From: the human T2T-CHM13v2.0 reference genome, Homo sapiens
Direction: 5' to 3' (one strand)
Assembly (NCBI RefSeq): GCF_009914755.1
Contig: NC_060929.1
Length of the DNA stretch: 64,000 nucleotides
Part shown: positions 1 through 13,749 of the stretch, one piece after another
Layout of the letters: the number at the start of each line of letters is the position of its first letter
Position numbering within the stretch: position 1 is the stretch's first letter
The notes under the pieces: generated by a model
Database searches by the model: none
Seen by the model: only the letters and a program-made list of their open reading frames with translations
Told to the model about the DNA's origin: nothing
Program-made: the position numbers and the translations under genes

Positions 1-659
1 CCAAACCTTGATTCTTGACTTCTATGCACCTGCAGGCTCAACACCACATGGAAGCTGCCAAGGCTTGGGGCTTGCACCTTCTGAAGCCATGGCCCAAGCT
101 GTACCTTGGCCCATTTTAGCCATGGCTAGAGTGGCTGAGATGCAGGAAACCAAGTCCCTAGGCTGCACACAGCAGGGGGACCCTGGGCCCAGCCCACGAA
201 ACCATTTTTTCTTCCTAGTCCTCTGGGCCTGTGATGGGAGGGGCTGCCATCAAGTAGCAAATTTTCCGAACTTTTATGCTGTGTTTCCCTTTTAAAACTG
301 AATGCTTTTAACAGCACCCAAGTCATGTCTTGAATGCTTTGCTGCTTAGAAATTTCTTCTGCCAGATACACTAAATCATCTCCTTCAAGTTCAAAGTTTC
401 ATAAATCTCTAGGGCAGGGGCAAAATACCACCAGTCTTTTTGCTAAAACTTAGCAAGAGTCACCTTTACTCTAGTTCTCAACAAATTCCTCATCTCCATC
501 TGAGACCACCTCAGCCTGGATTTTATTGTCCATACCATTCATTATCAGCATTTTGGTCAAAGCCATTCAATAAGTCTCTAAGAAGTTTCAAACTTTCCCA
601 CATTTTCCTGTCTTCTTGTGAGCCCTCCAAAGTGTTCCAACCTCTGCCTGTTACCCAGA
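1..659 (-). mobile_element. THE1-type MaLR internal region (runs off window start; internal deletion near 250)
   Basis: Reverse complement matches MaLR-int motifs (ggtaacaggcagaggttggaac, gggtatctggcagaagaaatttctaagcagcaaagcattcaaga) and is homologous to the MST-int copy at 11443-12350. Confidence 0.9.
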
Positions 660-736
660 GAGGTTGGCTGCAGAGGCCTCACAATTATGGTGGAAGACAA
701 AAGAAGAGCAAAGAGACTTCTTACATGGTGGCAGAT

Positions 737-768
<32 letters not shown>

Positions 769-974
769 CAGACAGAGAGAGCTTATGCAGGCAGGCTTCC
801 TTTTATAGAACCATCAGATCTCGTGAGACTTATTCACTATCCTGAGAACATTATGGGAAAGACTCACTCCCATGATTCAATTACCTCCCACTGGGTCCCT
901 CCCATGACATGTGGGAATTGTAGGGTCTACAATTCAAGATGAGATTTGGGTGGGGACAGAGCCAAACCATATTA
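660..974 (-). mobile_element. THE1C/THE1D 5' LTR, missing its 3' ~100 bp; contains a (GA)n tract at ~737-781
   Basis: gaggcctcacaattatggtggaag...ccatcagatctcgtgagacttattcactat...ctacaattcaagatgagatttgggtggggacagagccaaaccatatta matches the reverse of the THE1 LTR start (TGATATGGTTTGGCT). Confidence 0.9.
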
Positions 975-1039
975 CTCACCCAGCATCAGAAATTAAGTGT
1001 AGAAATGTGAATGTGGCAAAGACAGTTAGTATGAGCTAA

Positions 1040-1330
1040 ATATTTCCTGTGCTTTTCTAAATCACCTCAGTTCCCTGCAGTTAAGTTCAGACGATGTGAC
1101 CAGTTTGGGCCCATAGGCTATGAATACAAGCTAAAATTAGTGTTCTTCCTCTATCTCTCACGCCCTGCTTAAGGAAAGGTGGAGAAACCTAGATCCCTGA
1201 ATTCCCACATGAAGGAGCATGAGCATGGAAAATTTGTCCCATCCACATCAGACTTTTCCTGAGAGAGAAAAGCATCTTTGCTTTGTTAAGTCACTGAGAT
1301 TTTGAGGTTTGTTACTGGAGCCTATCATGT
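1040..1330 (+). mobile_element. Old MLT1 (MLT1I/J/K-like) LTR relic
   Basis: cctgcagttaagt...atgtgaccagtttgggccca and a 3' end tttgttaagtcactgagattttgaggtttgttac, typical of old MLT1 LTRs. Confidence 0.55.
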
Positions 1331-3922
1331 TCTGGAGAAAACAGGGTGATTTTTGTGTGAAATGTCCTCCTTATTCCAGGTTATCTGCTCTATGAACTGA
1401 CCTTGCAGAAACAGACGTTATTTGAAGGAAAATCCTGCCTACAAATTTGGAATTTGTTTCAGCTTCACAATGGCAGTCTTCGAAAACCTTCAATCAGCAG
1501 TCTAGCTTATATTAATATTTAGGTTATTGAGGCTATTGAGTATTGAGGAACAAAATTAGTTGCAGTCTTAGAGTATAGGTAATAACTATCATTCCCTCAT
1601 AGATGCTGTGATTTTACCCATTCCTGCAGATAGCTGGCAAAGGCTGATGTTTGACACGTAATGCAGTATTGCAGACACTGCTTTTCCATGTTGAAACAGA
1701 GTGGATGATAGAGCTGCTATTTAATGACAGATGCCACTATGGCCTGTAATGGGTAGTTCTGGCTTTGGCACTAGTTTCTCTTCTTTCTCAGGGATTTCCA
1801 GGGTTAAAGTAATAGATATTCTCTGTATTATTCTTACAAAAACAAGAACAAAACAATAGATCACTATAAAGGGAGTTTACAACATTGCTCCCAACCCTCC
1901 CTGGGCCATTTGGCCAGGACATTCCTGTGTGTTTGACAGAAGGCTCTGCCTGCCTCTCTCAGCCTCCAAGCTTTGTGTCATGCTCCAAGGAACATGCAGA
2001 TGGCAAAGATGCCAGATGCCCCAACCACATTTTTCTGGGTTGAAGATGTTTAGAAAATTGAAAGCAGTATTTTTTGTGTTTTTTTTTCTTTTTCTCCATT
2101 AAGTTTCATCTTAATTATTTTTATTGGTTAAAATTATCTCCTTCCCTCAAATTGGAGATTTCTATTTCTAGAATTTTTTCACTTAGGCATTTGGGTTTTT
2201 TTCTGTGTCAGTTTTTTCTGTAATAGTTTTAGCCTCATCTCTCAAGGGATATCTTGTCTTCTATGAGGACAGTTCTATGTTGTCTCAGCAGGGCCAGCTT
2301 TTGAACTCATTGCCTTGTTTGCATTGAGGTTTACCGCACCAACATTTGCTGTCTCTTCCTGTTCTGTTTTTTTTTTTTTTTTTAATTTTAACATTTTAGT
2401 TGTCTCCACTGGGATCCAGTTAGGGCTCCCTCATGTGTGTCTATTCCAGCTTCATTATAATCTCCATCCTGCCCACTCTCAATTGACTCTCAGCTCTAAC
2501 TCAGGTTAGAACCTGAGGTTAACTCACTCAGGTTCCATCTGTTGTGTTTTTGGAGGGAGGCACTAAAGCAAATCTCAAAGATGGTGGGTCACCTCAGTAT
2601 CCAAATTCTGTAGAGTAGCTGAGAAGTAGTGTTACTGTATTTTGGAAGCATCTAAACCCTGACTCTTTTAAGGGCTATTCAGGAATGACACTGATGCACA
2701 TTTTAAAGGTAAGGAATTAACAACCCTTATGAAATGTTACAAAGCCCTCAAAGGGCTGAATGGACTTGATACCATTCTTTGATGGAGGAGACACTATGTC
2801 ATTTTCAAATAACATTTTCATCACGCTTTACCCATATTTCTACACCTTCCTTAGGGTGGTCCATAACCCAGACTCTCCAGGAATTCACAGGGAAAGTCTG
2901 AAGAAGATAAGTGGTAGCTTTCCTGATTTAGCTGTTTTAATCTATTGCTTTAGGACAATGTGTTGGGAGATAGACCACAATGATTTCTCAAACCTCAGTC
3001 AAGAATGGACTACAGTAAAGTCATATGGTAAAGGGGGGATTAGATTCCAAAGGCAGTGAGTAAGTGAAAAATCACATAGAGACAGAATAATTCTTGGAAA
3101 GCTTTAAGAAAGATTCTCTGTTGGAAACCAACATAGAGCCAGTTTTAGTTCTGATTTTCAAGCAGATGAGCACCAGATGAAGAGGTTGGCTTGTGTTTTG
3201 GGGCCATGCTATTCCAAAAATATGTGTTTTTGTAAAAAATTATCCAATCACACTGAAGGGAAAAGTGGATTCACCTCTTTCATCTCTGGCGCATTTTCTC
3301 ATGGAATAGAAGGCAAGCAAGATTGCCCTCAATTGCAATCTCAATTGCAAACTCAGTTGCCAAATTTGTATGCCTAACTTTGTGTAATTTAGATACACAT
3401 GTTGATGTGGCTCCAAGGTAGTTTCTTGAAGAAACATTGCCAGTTCCACTTTGGAGAGATAGAAGGGAGGTCCAGAGTCCATCCTGTTAAATGTCAGTAG
3501 CACGGATAGCGGAAATGCTGTAACGAAGGAATTAAAGAGCATGTCCTCAGTTCCTCAGTGCAGAGACAAGACTCCTATCTTCTCAATGAGTCTTTGTTCT
3601 TAGAGAAGCTTCTGAGATGAGAGGGAATGAGGCTTCTGTGGAGAAAATTTCCAGTTAACTGTATTAGAGCTGAAGCTCTAAGTGGATGAATTGTTAGTAC
3701 TTGCCGATTCAGGAGGGGAACTGAAGGGAACCCTCTCCTAAAGTCTGAAGAGCCCAGGCAGTGCTGTGGCTGCCGGAAGCCTGGAAGACCCTTGCATCCC
3801 ATGATGTCAGACTTCAAAGCAGGTTATTGTGAGGAAAGCACCAGCAGCAACGGGGGATCTCAGCACTGGAATCCCTGCTCTGGAAAGATTCTCTTTCTTA
3901 GAGTTTTAAAAGATATTTGGCA

Positions 3923-4385
<463 letters not shown>

Positions 4386-5209
4386 CTATAGATTTCTGGG
4401 TAGGACTTGAATGAAAGAAACCTGGTTCACTTGTCCAAGGGCATTTCTGCCATAACGTTGGCAGAGGAAACAGGATGTCTATGAATTATGTCCTCTAGAC
4501 CTCATCACTGAAGGGTGTACCTGTGAGCCTGCCTCATACACCAAATTGGGATCCAAGCCCTGACCAGAAGTGATTGCCATTTCTCTATTGAAGAAACTGG
4601 AGACACCAATATAGTCAGTGAGCTTTGACTGGGTGACAAATCAGTAGCATGGTTGCCATGTGGCCTCTAGGTCACATTTATCTAGTAATGCCAGTGAGCA
4701 AGTTTGTGTGTAAGAATTGCATATTCAGGAAAACTCTCCAAATTTAATGATGTATTGGGAGACCCCAGATTTGGTTTTGGATTGCTTCTAAACTTGAATG
4801 AATAGCGGGGGGACCACAACAACTCACTGGGTTTTTTTTCCTTTGCAAAGTAAGGCGATGGAGATTGGGCTGGTGGAGAGCGGGTGGGTGTTGGGTGTGA
4901 ACTAGTCTAAGATGTATTGCTGGGCTAGCATTTTATGAGTCTGTGATGGGCAGCTCTCTTTGCGTAGAATACAAATGAAATGTGTTCTGAAACATGTTCT
5001 TTAATTAGTGGCCCTTGCAGGAGTGTTTCTCTGTTGATAACTACAGTTCTGTATTTTGGACTTCAGTAAACAAAAAGAACCATGTGCTCTTTAATAATCC
5101 TTGTGCTATTTGATTTCTGATGAGCAATGTGGCTCCAGAGCTGGAGTCTGTGAGCTCTTCAGGGCAAATGTGTAAATTAACTAGCTGAGGCCAAGTTGCA
5201 GAAGAGAGA

Positions 5210-5455
5210 GAATAGTGACTGAATACTGACCATGGACCAGGCATTCTATCAATTGCTCTACCTGCTTTGTTTTATTAATGCTCACAATAACCCTAGGAGT
5301 TTGAGATTATTTTGATCTTATTTAATAAATAGTTGTAGTGAGGCTTAGAGAATCATTTGTCCAAGCTCACAGAGCTAGAAAGTGGCAGGGACAAGATTTG
5401 AATGCAGGTTGCTTATTGCTGAGAAGGCTCTTTTAAACATAGTGTGATGGTCTGT
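5210..5455 (-). mobile_element. MIR SINE
   Basis: ctcacaataaccctag...gtgaggcttagagaatcatttgtccaagctcacagagctagaaagtggcagggacaagatttgaa is the reverse MIR core. Confidence 0.8.
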
Positions 5456-7514
5456 TGACTTTTTATGTTTATTCCATTAAACTCATTTCTGCAATGCTTT
5501 GGGAAAATTGAAAATATCTTTAAAAGCTACATGTGATAAATGTTTTAAAATTGCCATCTAAAAACAAGCATGTAACTTAACCAACCATTAAAAAATTTAT
5601 ATAAACTTACTGCACAATAAAATGTTGTTCCAATTTTAAATTAAACAGATTAAAATAAATATCCAGTGTAATTCCCAGAACTGTCAGCTACTCACTATCT
5701 GTTCAGTCAATTAAACATCATCAGCTATTTGTGTACTCAAGAGTTTTATTGAATTAACCACCAGGCTTTTGGTGTTTTGATTGTTACTACAGATGCCACT
5801 GCTTTGCTTCGCTTTGAGAACTGCTGTCAGAAAGACGCAAGCACACACAGCTGAACTGGTGGTCTCTTCAGAGAAAATACTTGTAAATGGAAGACTGGCT
5901 TATTACTAATTACTTTTAATAAAGACTGCAGAGAGCGAAACTTGCCTCTAACATTCTCACACGTAATCTTTCTCTGCATGCATACGTAAAACCTCAAACG
6001 AAAGCCAATGTCAACAACAATATTCCCAGATAGCTTATTTCTTTCACAAAATGTCCCGAAGCCTCGAATAGCTCAGTTTTTCACAACTGAGTTGACACAT
6101 TTTTTAAGAATGGGTGAAAAGCACTGAAGGGGGCAGATCCAGAAAGGTGCGTATGAGGCTAGAAGGAAGAGTGACGACTTCTTATGTTTGTATTTGCTTT
6201 TCCTTCCAAATAGGTTTTGTTCATGGGGACCTATTTGGGCAACCATGATGTTTTCTTATTTTTCATGGTATGGCAAAATATTAAAATTTTCTTACTGCTG
6301 AGCAGGAAGAGTTGTCCTAAAACACATTATGGACATTTTTGGTTTTAGTCTACCCTAGTTTAATGTCCTCCTATTACATAGCACAAAAGCCAGCCCCCAC
6401 CCTCTCCATGGGGTTCAGGATATCACTTCCGTCTGTTCAGTTTCTGATCAGGCATGTGAGAGATAAGGCAGAGAAAGCATTCTCAACATGAACCACACTT
6501 CCTTATGAATCCACAATAGCTTAGGAAGACAAGCTTCATGTTCTTAAGCTTTATAGATATGTTTCCCAATCCTCCTCTGTCTTTCCCATTGTTTCTGCTG
6601 AAATAAGGCCTCTCCTGTCTTGCCCTGGCTGCTCCTGCACTGATTTTCTCACTGCATTGGCTGGTGAGCATGTTAACTATCGTGAGAATAAGCTGCTCCC
6701 TGTCCTGGCACTGCTTTTTGAAGAAAACATTTCCTTCCCTTGTGCAAGCCAAGGAGTTACTTCCGTGGGGAGAAAGCTGCAGTGCTGATTGGAAACATGC
6801 GTTATTGCTGGTTTAAATTTGGCTTATTTGCAACAGACAGAGATTGGGAGAGATAGGAGAATGGGCCTCTCCTGGTCCTGCGGTGGTTCCCACATCTGCT
6901 TCATATTAGGTGCACTGTGGAGAAAAGACTTTGAAATTAACTTTAGTTGTGGAATAATAAGGTAGGCTTCTTAGTGTGGGGGATTGTGGATGATTACCCT
7001 CCAAAATGAAGGGTTGACGTTTCATCCTCTGGGTACTTTTTCCAGGGTGGTTTGGCACTAAATAGAAACTGGAGAGGTGTCCTGCAACCTCTCTATCCCC
7101 AGTGGATGAAGGTGCTATTTTACTTCCTCTTCCTCAGAAGACTAGAGTCTGGCTTTCAGGGCATAGCGTGCACAGCCATCTGGAGTCATCACCTCCACTT
7201 CCCTAGTCCTCTGGGACCTACAGCAACCAGGGGTATTCTTGATGACATGTGCAGATTTGTGTCTACTGGGGATAAGGCAGACCTGCTGCTGGTCTTACCT
7301 GTTCTAGAGTTTTCAGGTGGCGCTCTAGAAATAGTCACTGTGGCACAGGTCTGCAAAAAGAAAAGGATATATTTTAAAAGTTTTTTGACTATCTTTCTCA
7401 TCATTTCAGATCTCAACCTCTTTTGAGATAATCTGAAGAACACACCCAGACACTCATGAGTAAGTTATTTTCTGTATATTCTCATTTCTCATTTAATTGT
7501 TTTTATTTTTCTCT

Positions 7515-7648
7515 CCTTATATTGAATGTAAGAGCTGTCACAGCAAAGCTCTTGTTACTGTCTCGTGTTCCCTGGGCCTAAGCAATGTTTGGATATTGTA
7601 AGTACTTCAAGATTGAAGGTTGACTGAGTGAACCAAAGAATAAATGAA
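7515..7648 (+). mobile_element. L2 3' end fragment
   Basis: gaatgtaagagctgtcacagcaaag...cctaagcaatgtttggatattgtaagtacttcaa...gaataaatgaa resembles a degenerate L2 terminus. Confidence 0.55.
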
Positions 7649-9029
7649 GGGAAGTCTCTACCAATAAAGGGTACTTCTGGAAGCTGCATTAGACCCTTGG
7701 ATTCTTGATGGAGAGGACATTGGCACTGGGACAAAAGCTCTGGAGTTGCAATAGATCAGTCTGACCCCTCTGAGGTCAACTTAACCAATATCCTGGGATT
7801 AGGCAGGAGAAAGCCTAGACAGAAGAAATTAGAAGGTCGATGACCTTCCAGACTACTTTCAATAACCATGATTTGGGGAGCTTTTACGTTCACTAGGATC
7901 AGCCTCATCAGAGAGCTTTCAAAATAGAAACAACAATCATCCATTGTGTGTGGTGTAAGTTTGCAGGCAGAGGCCTCAGTTAGTTCTCTTCTTTAATGAC
8001 CATCTAATTCTGCAGTTCTCTGATTTCCCCTCATTAAAGTACCCCTAGATAGTTGATTTGAGAGTTGTTTTAACTAGTCTTTTTTGATTTTAAGATTCTG
8101 ATCAGAAAATCACTCAGATTACCCCAGGAAATGAAACTTTATGGTAAAGACAGGTTTTACATTTTATCATAAGGATTTTCACATTGTTATTTTATATTTG
8201 CCCTGCTAGAGAGTTAGGAAGGTAACCTCTTCATGCCTCATGAGAAGAGAAGTTGTAATTGAAATCATATATGTTGGTCCTTGTGGAAGTGGAAGAAGGA
8301 GACAAGTCATTCCACATAAGAGAACCCATGACAGGTCTAGCCTCAGCCCCCCGAAGACAGGGATGTCTCCAGGCTGTACTTGCATTTCTGAAGCAGTTAT
8401 GGAGGGAAATCTCACCACAGGTGGCTGTGACTAATCACAACCCTTGTGACTAATAACTCATTTTTAAAAAATATTATCCCGAGGAGAAAACAAAGGGGCC
8501 TTTTGGAAATAATCTGAATAATGTCTGCCTCAAAGAATTCCAAACCTTCTATGTGCTAACTTATAAAAAGTCTAATTAATGTGGTACTTGCGATAATCAA
8601 GCCTCCTTAATCTTTGAACAAAATTATTTGAAATTTCTTGAGCTTGCATATAATCCACCATGGCCTCTCCAACTTCTCTGCTAGTAATGACTATAGATCT
8701 CCAAATCCTATGAGTAATTGACTTATTCTTTTGTCTAATTCAAAATTTCCAGGCATTCAGAGAACCTTATTGGCCTTCCTCATTGAATTGCAAAAGAACA
8801 TGGCCTGGATTCCTACTTACGAGCCAAGTGGCCATGTTGGATTCAGTCATGTTGACTTCCATGAGGCTGGCCCTGGAGATGCCTAAACAGAAATTTTTCC
8901 TCAGAAGGAGCTATGCACATGGCAGTGATTCAGAAGCTTGTTGTGTTCAGTACAGGGTAGAATCAGAAACGTGGCTTGTTTAATTCTGTTCATTCTTCCG
9001 TATCAACTTATTAAAGAATAACGTGGAAG

Positions 9030-9180
9030 AATTTAGCTTCTATGGAAGCTGAAAGCAACTTTGGATAGTATTTAGATGAACCTCCACATTTTAAAGATCA
9101 GGAATCTGATAAACAAATGCCCTGGCCAAGAGCACAAAGGCAATTAGAGGCAGAACCAAAATAATTCAGGTAGACTCACT
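9030..9180 (-). mobile_element. MIR3/MIRc fragment
   Basis: cattttaaagatcaggaatctga...ccaagagcacaaaggcaattagaggcagaacc resembles the reverse MIR core. Confidence 0.5.
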
Positions 9181-11022
9181 CGAAGAGTGATGACATGGCT
9201 CTGGCAAACTATCTCTGAAACAGTTGCTCCCCACATCTACCCCCTCCCCATTTTCTTCGGTAAAGAGCAGAGTTTAATTTCCAAATAAGTTCATTAAAAT
9301 CATAATTAGAAAACCAAGTTAGAAGGCAATAAATAATCCAGTATTCTGGAAGGTTTTAAAATGTTTGCCTCATTTATTTTGTGAAGTGAAAATAACTTTA
9401 TCCAAATTGTGGTAATATTTTTTAACGTTGTTTAGACCCTTTGACTTCTCACTATAAAATTGAATAATATACCCCTGACTACTTAAATGGAGGAAGAAAA
9501 GATGAATATTAGTGGTAAACCCCAAAATTTCATTTATTTTAGAGAGATACATGAGTTGATAAAAAAGAAATAATTTGTAGAACAAAGAAGCACAATTCAT
9601 TGCCTTCAAGTACATAAAACAAATAGAGCCAGGCCAACAAATTTATCTAATGGTGTTTTTAAGGAGACTCATTATAAGTATTTAATTAATATACTATTTA
9701 ATATGTTATTTTTTTGTGGTCATCAATTGTGCTTTTGGAGTATATATAAAATCATCCAGAAATGGGGATACGGTAAAATTAACTTCATTCCAGACCTTAT
9801 TCTAATGAATAGCAATTTTTAGTATGCTCAGACTTAAAAGTTTATATAGTTTTGAATATTTTGGTTTTAAAATCGTGTATTTCTCCGACAGGTCTCAACA
9901 TGCTTTAATATCATTAGATGAGTGTCATTATTATCTATGGACTACATTTTGCTGATGGGAATCTGAATCTCAGGACAAAGGAGGAAGGGGAGGGTGCTGT
10001 TCTCCAAACACTAATTCTTAGGCTAATAACTGACTTAGGAGATCATACCCTGCTCTTTCCATTTACTTTTCATTTAGTTCTTCAGGTGTTTGGAATAGAA
10101 AAGTGGGAAATAAAATATGGTAAGGGCAATTTATTATTAGACTGTAGATATTTTAAAGGAAAACAGCCCTTTATACTCTTTGACCCTATGACATAAGTTA
10201 AAAAGCAGGAAGAACAGCAATGCCCTGTAAGTTGATATTTAGGACCTATAGGATTCATGCCCACTCTAGTTCAGGAACAACTTAATATCTACTGGTAAAC
10301 ATCTGGAAAACAACAAGGCCAACCCTATCACTTTTTTCCTAGTTGTGGATTGCTGACTTTTCATCCTTAATCTTTCAGGAAAATTTAACTTTGGTGAATT
10401 TACTTTGACAGGTTAGCTCGATGTAACTGCATTAAAAAAAAATCACAATTTTTTTTATGCACAACTGCATTAAAAAATCACAATTTTAACTGCATTAAAA
10501 TTTAATCACAAGAAATGGAAGAGGAGAGAACTCCCTAATGGCTGTTGCTGTTACAAAGGTAGTCATAGCAGTTTTTAAAATAGTTTTCTTCTTTTTTTTT
10601 TTTTTTTTTTTTTGGCCATTTCAGACAGTCCAAAAAAGAAAGAGGGCCTGCTGAGTATTTTGCCAGGGAGCTAGAGAATGAGACAAAGAATGCCAGTGAT
10701 ACATGCATTAGTTTCTCTTGGGAAACCCAGGCTGTTTTAAAAAGCCATGAGCTCAAGGAATCTTGGTGAAACCACTAAAGAAAAAGCTTATCAATGTTAA
10801 AGGACATTGTAAAACTCTTTGGAGATATTTATTTTACCGTATTAGAAAATACTTTATTAGATTGAGTCTATTTTATGTGTAGGGTCAACAGAACCAGTCT
10901 CATCCTTCCTTCCCTTGTCCTCTTTAGACAGCCCTCAGGACTGACTCCAACTCGAGTCATTACAGAATATAGTTACAGGAATCTCAAAAGGAACAAAAGC
11001 ACTAATATTGAACCATACTCCC

Positions 11023-11442
11023 TAATACAGTTTGCATATTTGTCCTCACCTAAATGTCATGTTGAATTGTAATCCCCAGTATTACGGGTGGAACCTGATG
11101 GGAGGTGATTGGATCATAGGGGTGGATTTCTCATGAATGCTTTAGCTTCCTTCCCTTGGTGCTGTCCTCACAACAGTGAATTCTCACAAGATCTGGTCAT
11201 TTAAAAGTGTGTGAACCTCCCCCTGAACTCTCTTTCTTGCTCCTGTTTTTACCATATGAAGTGCCTGCTCCTGCTTCACCTTCCACCATGAGTAAAAGCT
11301 TCCTGAGGCCTTTCCAGAAGCAGATGCTAGTGGTATGCTTCCTGTAAAGCCTTCAGAACTGTGAGCCAATTTAATCTTTTTTCTGTATACATTACCCAGT
11401 CACAGGTATTTATTTATAACAATGCAAGAATGACCTAATACT
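11023..11442 (+). mobile_element. MSTA 5' LTR
   Basis: taatacagtttgcatatttgtcc...ccatgagtaaaagcttcctgaggcc...gcagatgc...aatgcaagaatgacctaatac, followed by the int start gaaaattggtac. Confidence 0.9.
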
Positions 11443-13056
11443 GAAAATTGGTACAAGGAATAGGGTATTGCTATAAACATATCTAAAAATGTGGAAGAAA
11501 CTTTGGAAGTAGGTAACAGGCAGAGGTTGGAAATTCTTGGAAGGCTCAGGAGAAGACAAGAAAATGAGAGAAAGCTTTGATTTTCTTAGAGACTGGTTAA
11601 ATGGTTGTAACCAAAATGCTGATAGTGATATTGATAGTAATGTCCAGGCTGCTGAGGTCTCAGATGGAAATGAGGAACTCATTGGGAACTGGAGCAAATG
11701 TCATGCATGTTATACCTTAGCAAAGGACTTGGCTGCATTGTGCCCCTGCCCTAGGGATCTGTGGAAGTTTGAACTTCAGAGTGATGATTTAGGGTATCTG
11801 GCAGAAAAACATTTCTAAGCAGCAAAGTGTTCAAAATGTGGACTGGCTGCTTCTAACAGCTCATCCTCAGATGGAGGAGCAAATAAATAACTTGAAGTTG
11901 GAGTAATATTCAAACAGGAATTAAAATGTAAAGTTTGGAAATTTTGCAGCCTAGCCACGTGGCAAAAGAAGAAAAAGCTTTTTTGGGATAGGAATTCAAG
12001 TAGGCCATGGAAAAACCACTTGCTAGATATTTGCATAACTAAAAGGGAGCCAAATACTAATATCCAAGACAATGGGAAAGGCCTCAAAGACATTTCAGAG
12101 ATCTTCAAGGCAGCCTTTTCCATCAAAGGCCTAGAGGTCTAGGACAGAAAAATGGTTTAGTGGGCCAGGCCCAGGGCCTTGCTGCCCTGCTCAGCCTCAA
12201 GACACTGTTCCTCATATCCTGGCCACTCTGGCTCCATTCTCAGCTCAAAGGGGCCCAGGTACAGCTCAAGCTGCAGCACCAGAGAGTGTAAGCCATAAGC
12301 CTTGGCAGCTTCCATGTGGTGTTAAGCCTGCAGTGCACAGAGTGCAAGAGTTGAGGCTTGGCCGCCACTGCCTAGATTGTAGAGCATGTATGGAAAAGCC
12401 TGGGTGTCCAGGAAGAAGGCTGTTGCAGAGACAGAGCCCTCACAGAAAACCTCTACTAGGGCAATGCCAAGGGGAAAATGCGGGGTTGGAACCTCCACAC
12501 ACAGTCTCCACTGGGGCACTGCCTAGTGGAGCTGTGAGAAAGTGGCTACCACCCTCCAGATCTGAGAATGGTAAATCCATCGGCAGCCTGCACCCTGTGC
12601 CTGGAAAAGTCATAGGAAGTCAACAACCTGTCAGAGCAGCCTTGGGGCTGAACCCTGCAAAACCTCAGGGATGAAGCTGCCCAAGACTTTGGGATTCCAC
12701 CCCTTGTAGCAATGTACCCTGATGTGGGACATGGAGTCAAAGGAGATTATTTTGGAGATTTAAGACTTAATGACTGCTTTGCTGAGTTTTGAGCTTGTGT
12801 GGGTCCTGTAGCCCTTTTCTTTTGGCCAATTTCTCCCTTTTGGAATGGGAATGTTTACCCAATACTGCTACCTCTATCATATCTTGGAAGTGAATAACTT
12901 GTTTTGATTTTACAGTTTCATAGGTGGAAGGAATTCATCTCTAGATGAGACTTTGAATTTTGTACTTGGGACTTTTGAGTTAATGCTGGAATGAGTTAAG
13001 ACTTTGAGGGGACATTGAGAAGTGATTGTATTTCAAAATGTGAAAAGGACATGAGA

Positions 13057-13354
<298 letters not shown>

Positions 13355-13391
13355 GAAAGGACTTGAGATTTGGGAGGGACCATGGGCAGAA

Positions 13392-13749
13392 TATGGGTCC
13401 TGGTGGGAGGTGATTGGATAATGGAGGTAGATTTCTCATGAATGGTTTAGCACCATCCTCTTGGTGCTGTCCTTGTGTGGTGAGTGAGTTCTCACAAGAT
13501 CTGATCATTTAAAAGTGTGTGCCACCTGCCCCTACATTCTCTCTCTTGCCCATTTTCACCCTGTGAAGTGCCTGCACCTGCTTTGCCTTCCACCATGAGT
13601 AAAAGCTTCCTGAGGCCTTTCCAGAAGCAGATGCCAGTGCTATGCTTCCTGTACAGCCTGCAGAACCATGAACCAATTAAACCTCTTTTCTTTGTAAATT
13701 ACCCAGTCTCAGGTATTTCTTTATAGCAATGTAAGAATGGCCTAATACA
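13392..13749 (+). mobile_element. MSTA 3' LTR lacking its first ~65 bp
   Basis: The int end gggcagaat joins directly to gggtcctggtgggaggtgattgg; the LTR ends ...gaatggcctaataca. Confidence 0.88.

Noticed and set aside
11537-12740. ORFs within MST-int
   Set aside because: Fragments of the degenerate MaLR internal region; no intact frame.
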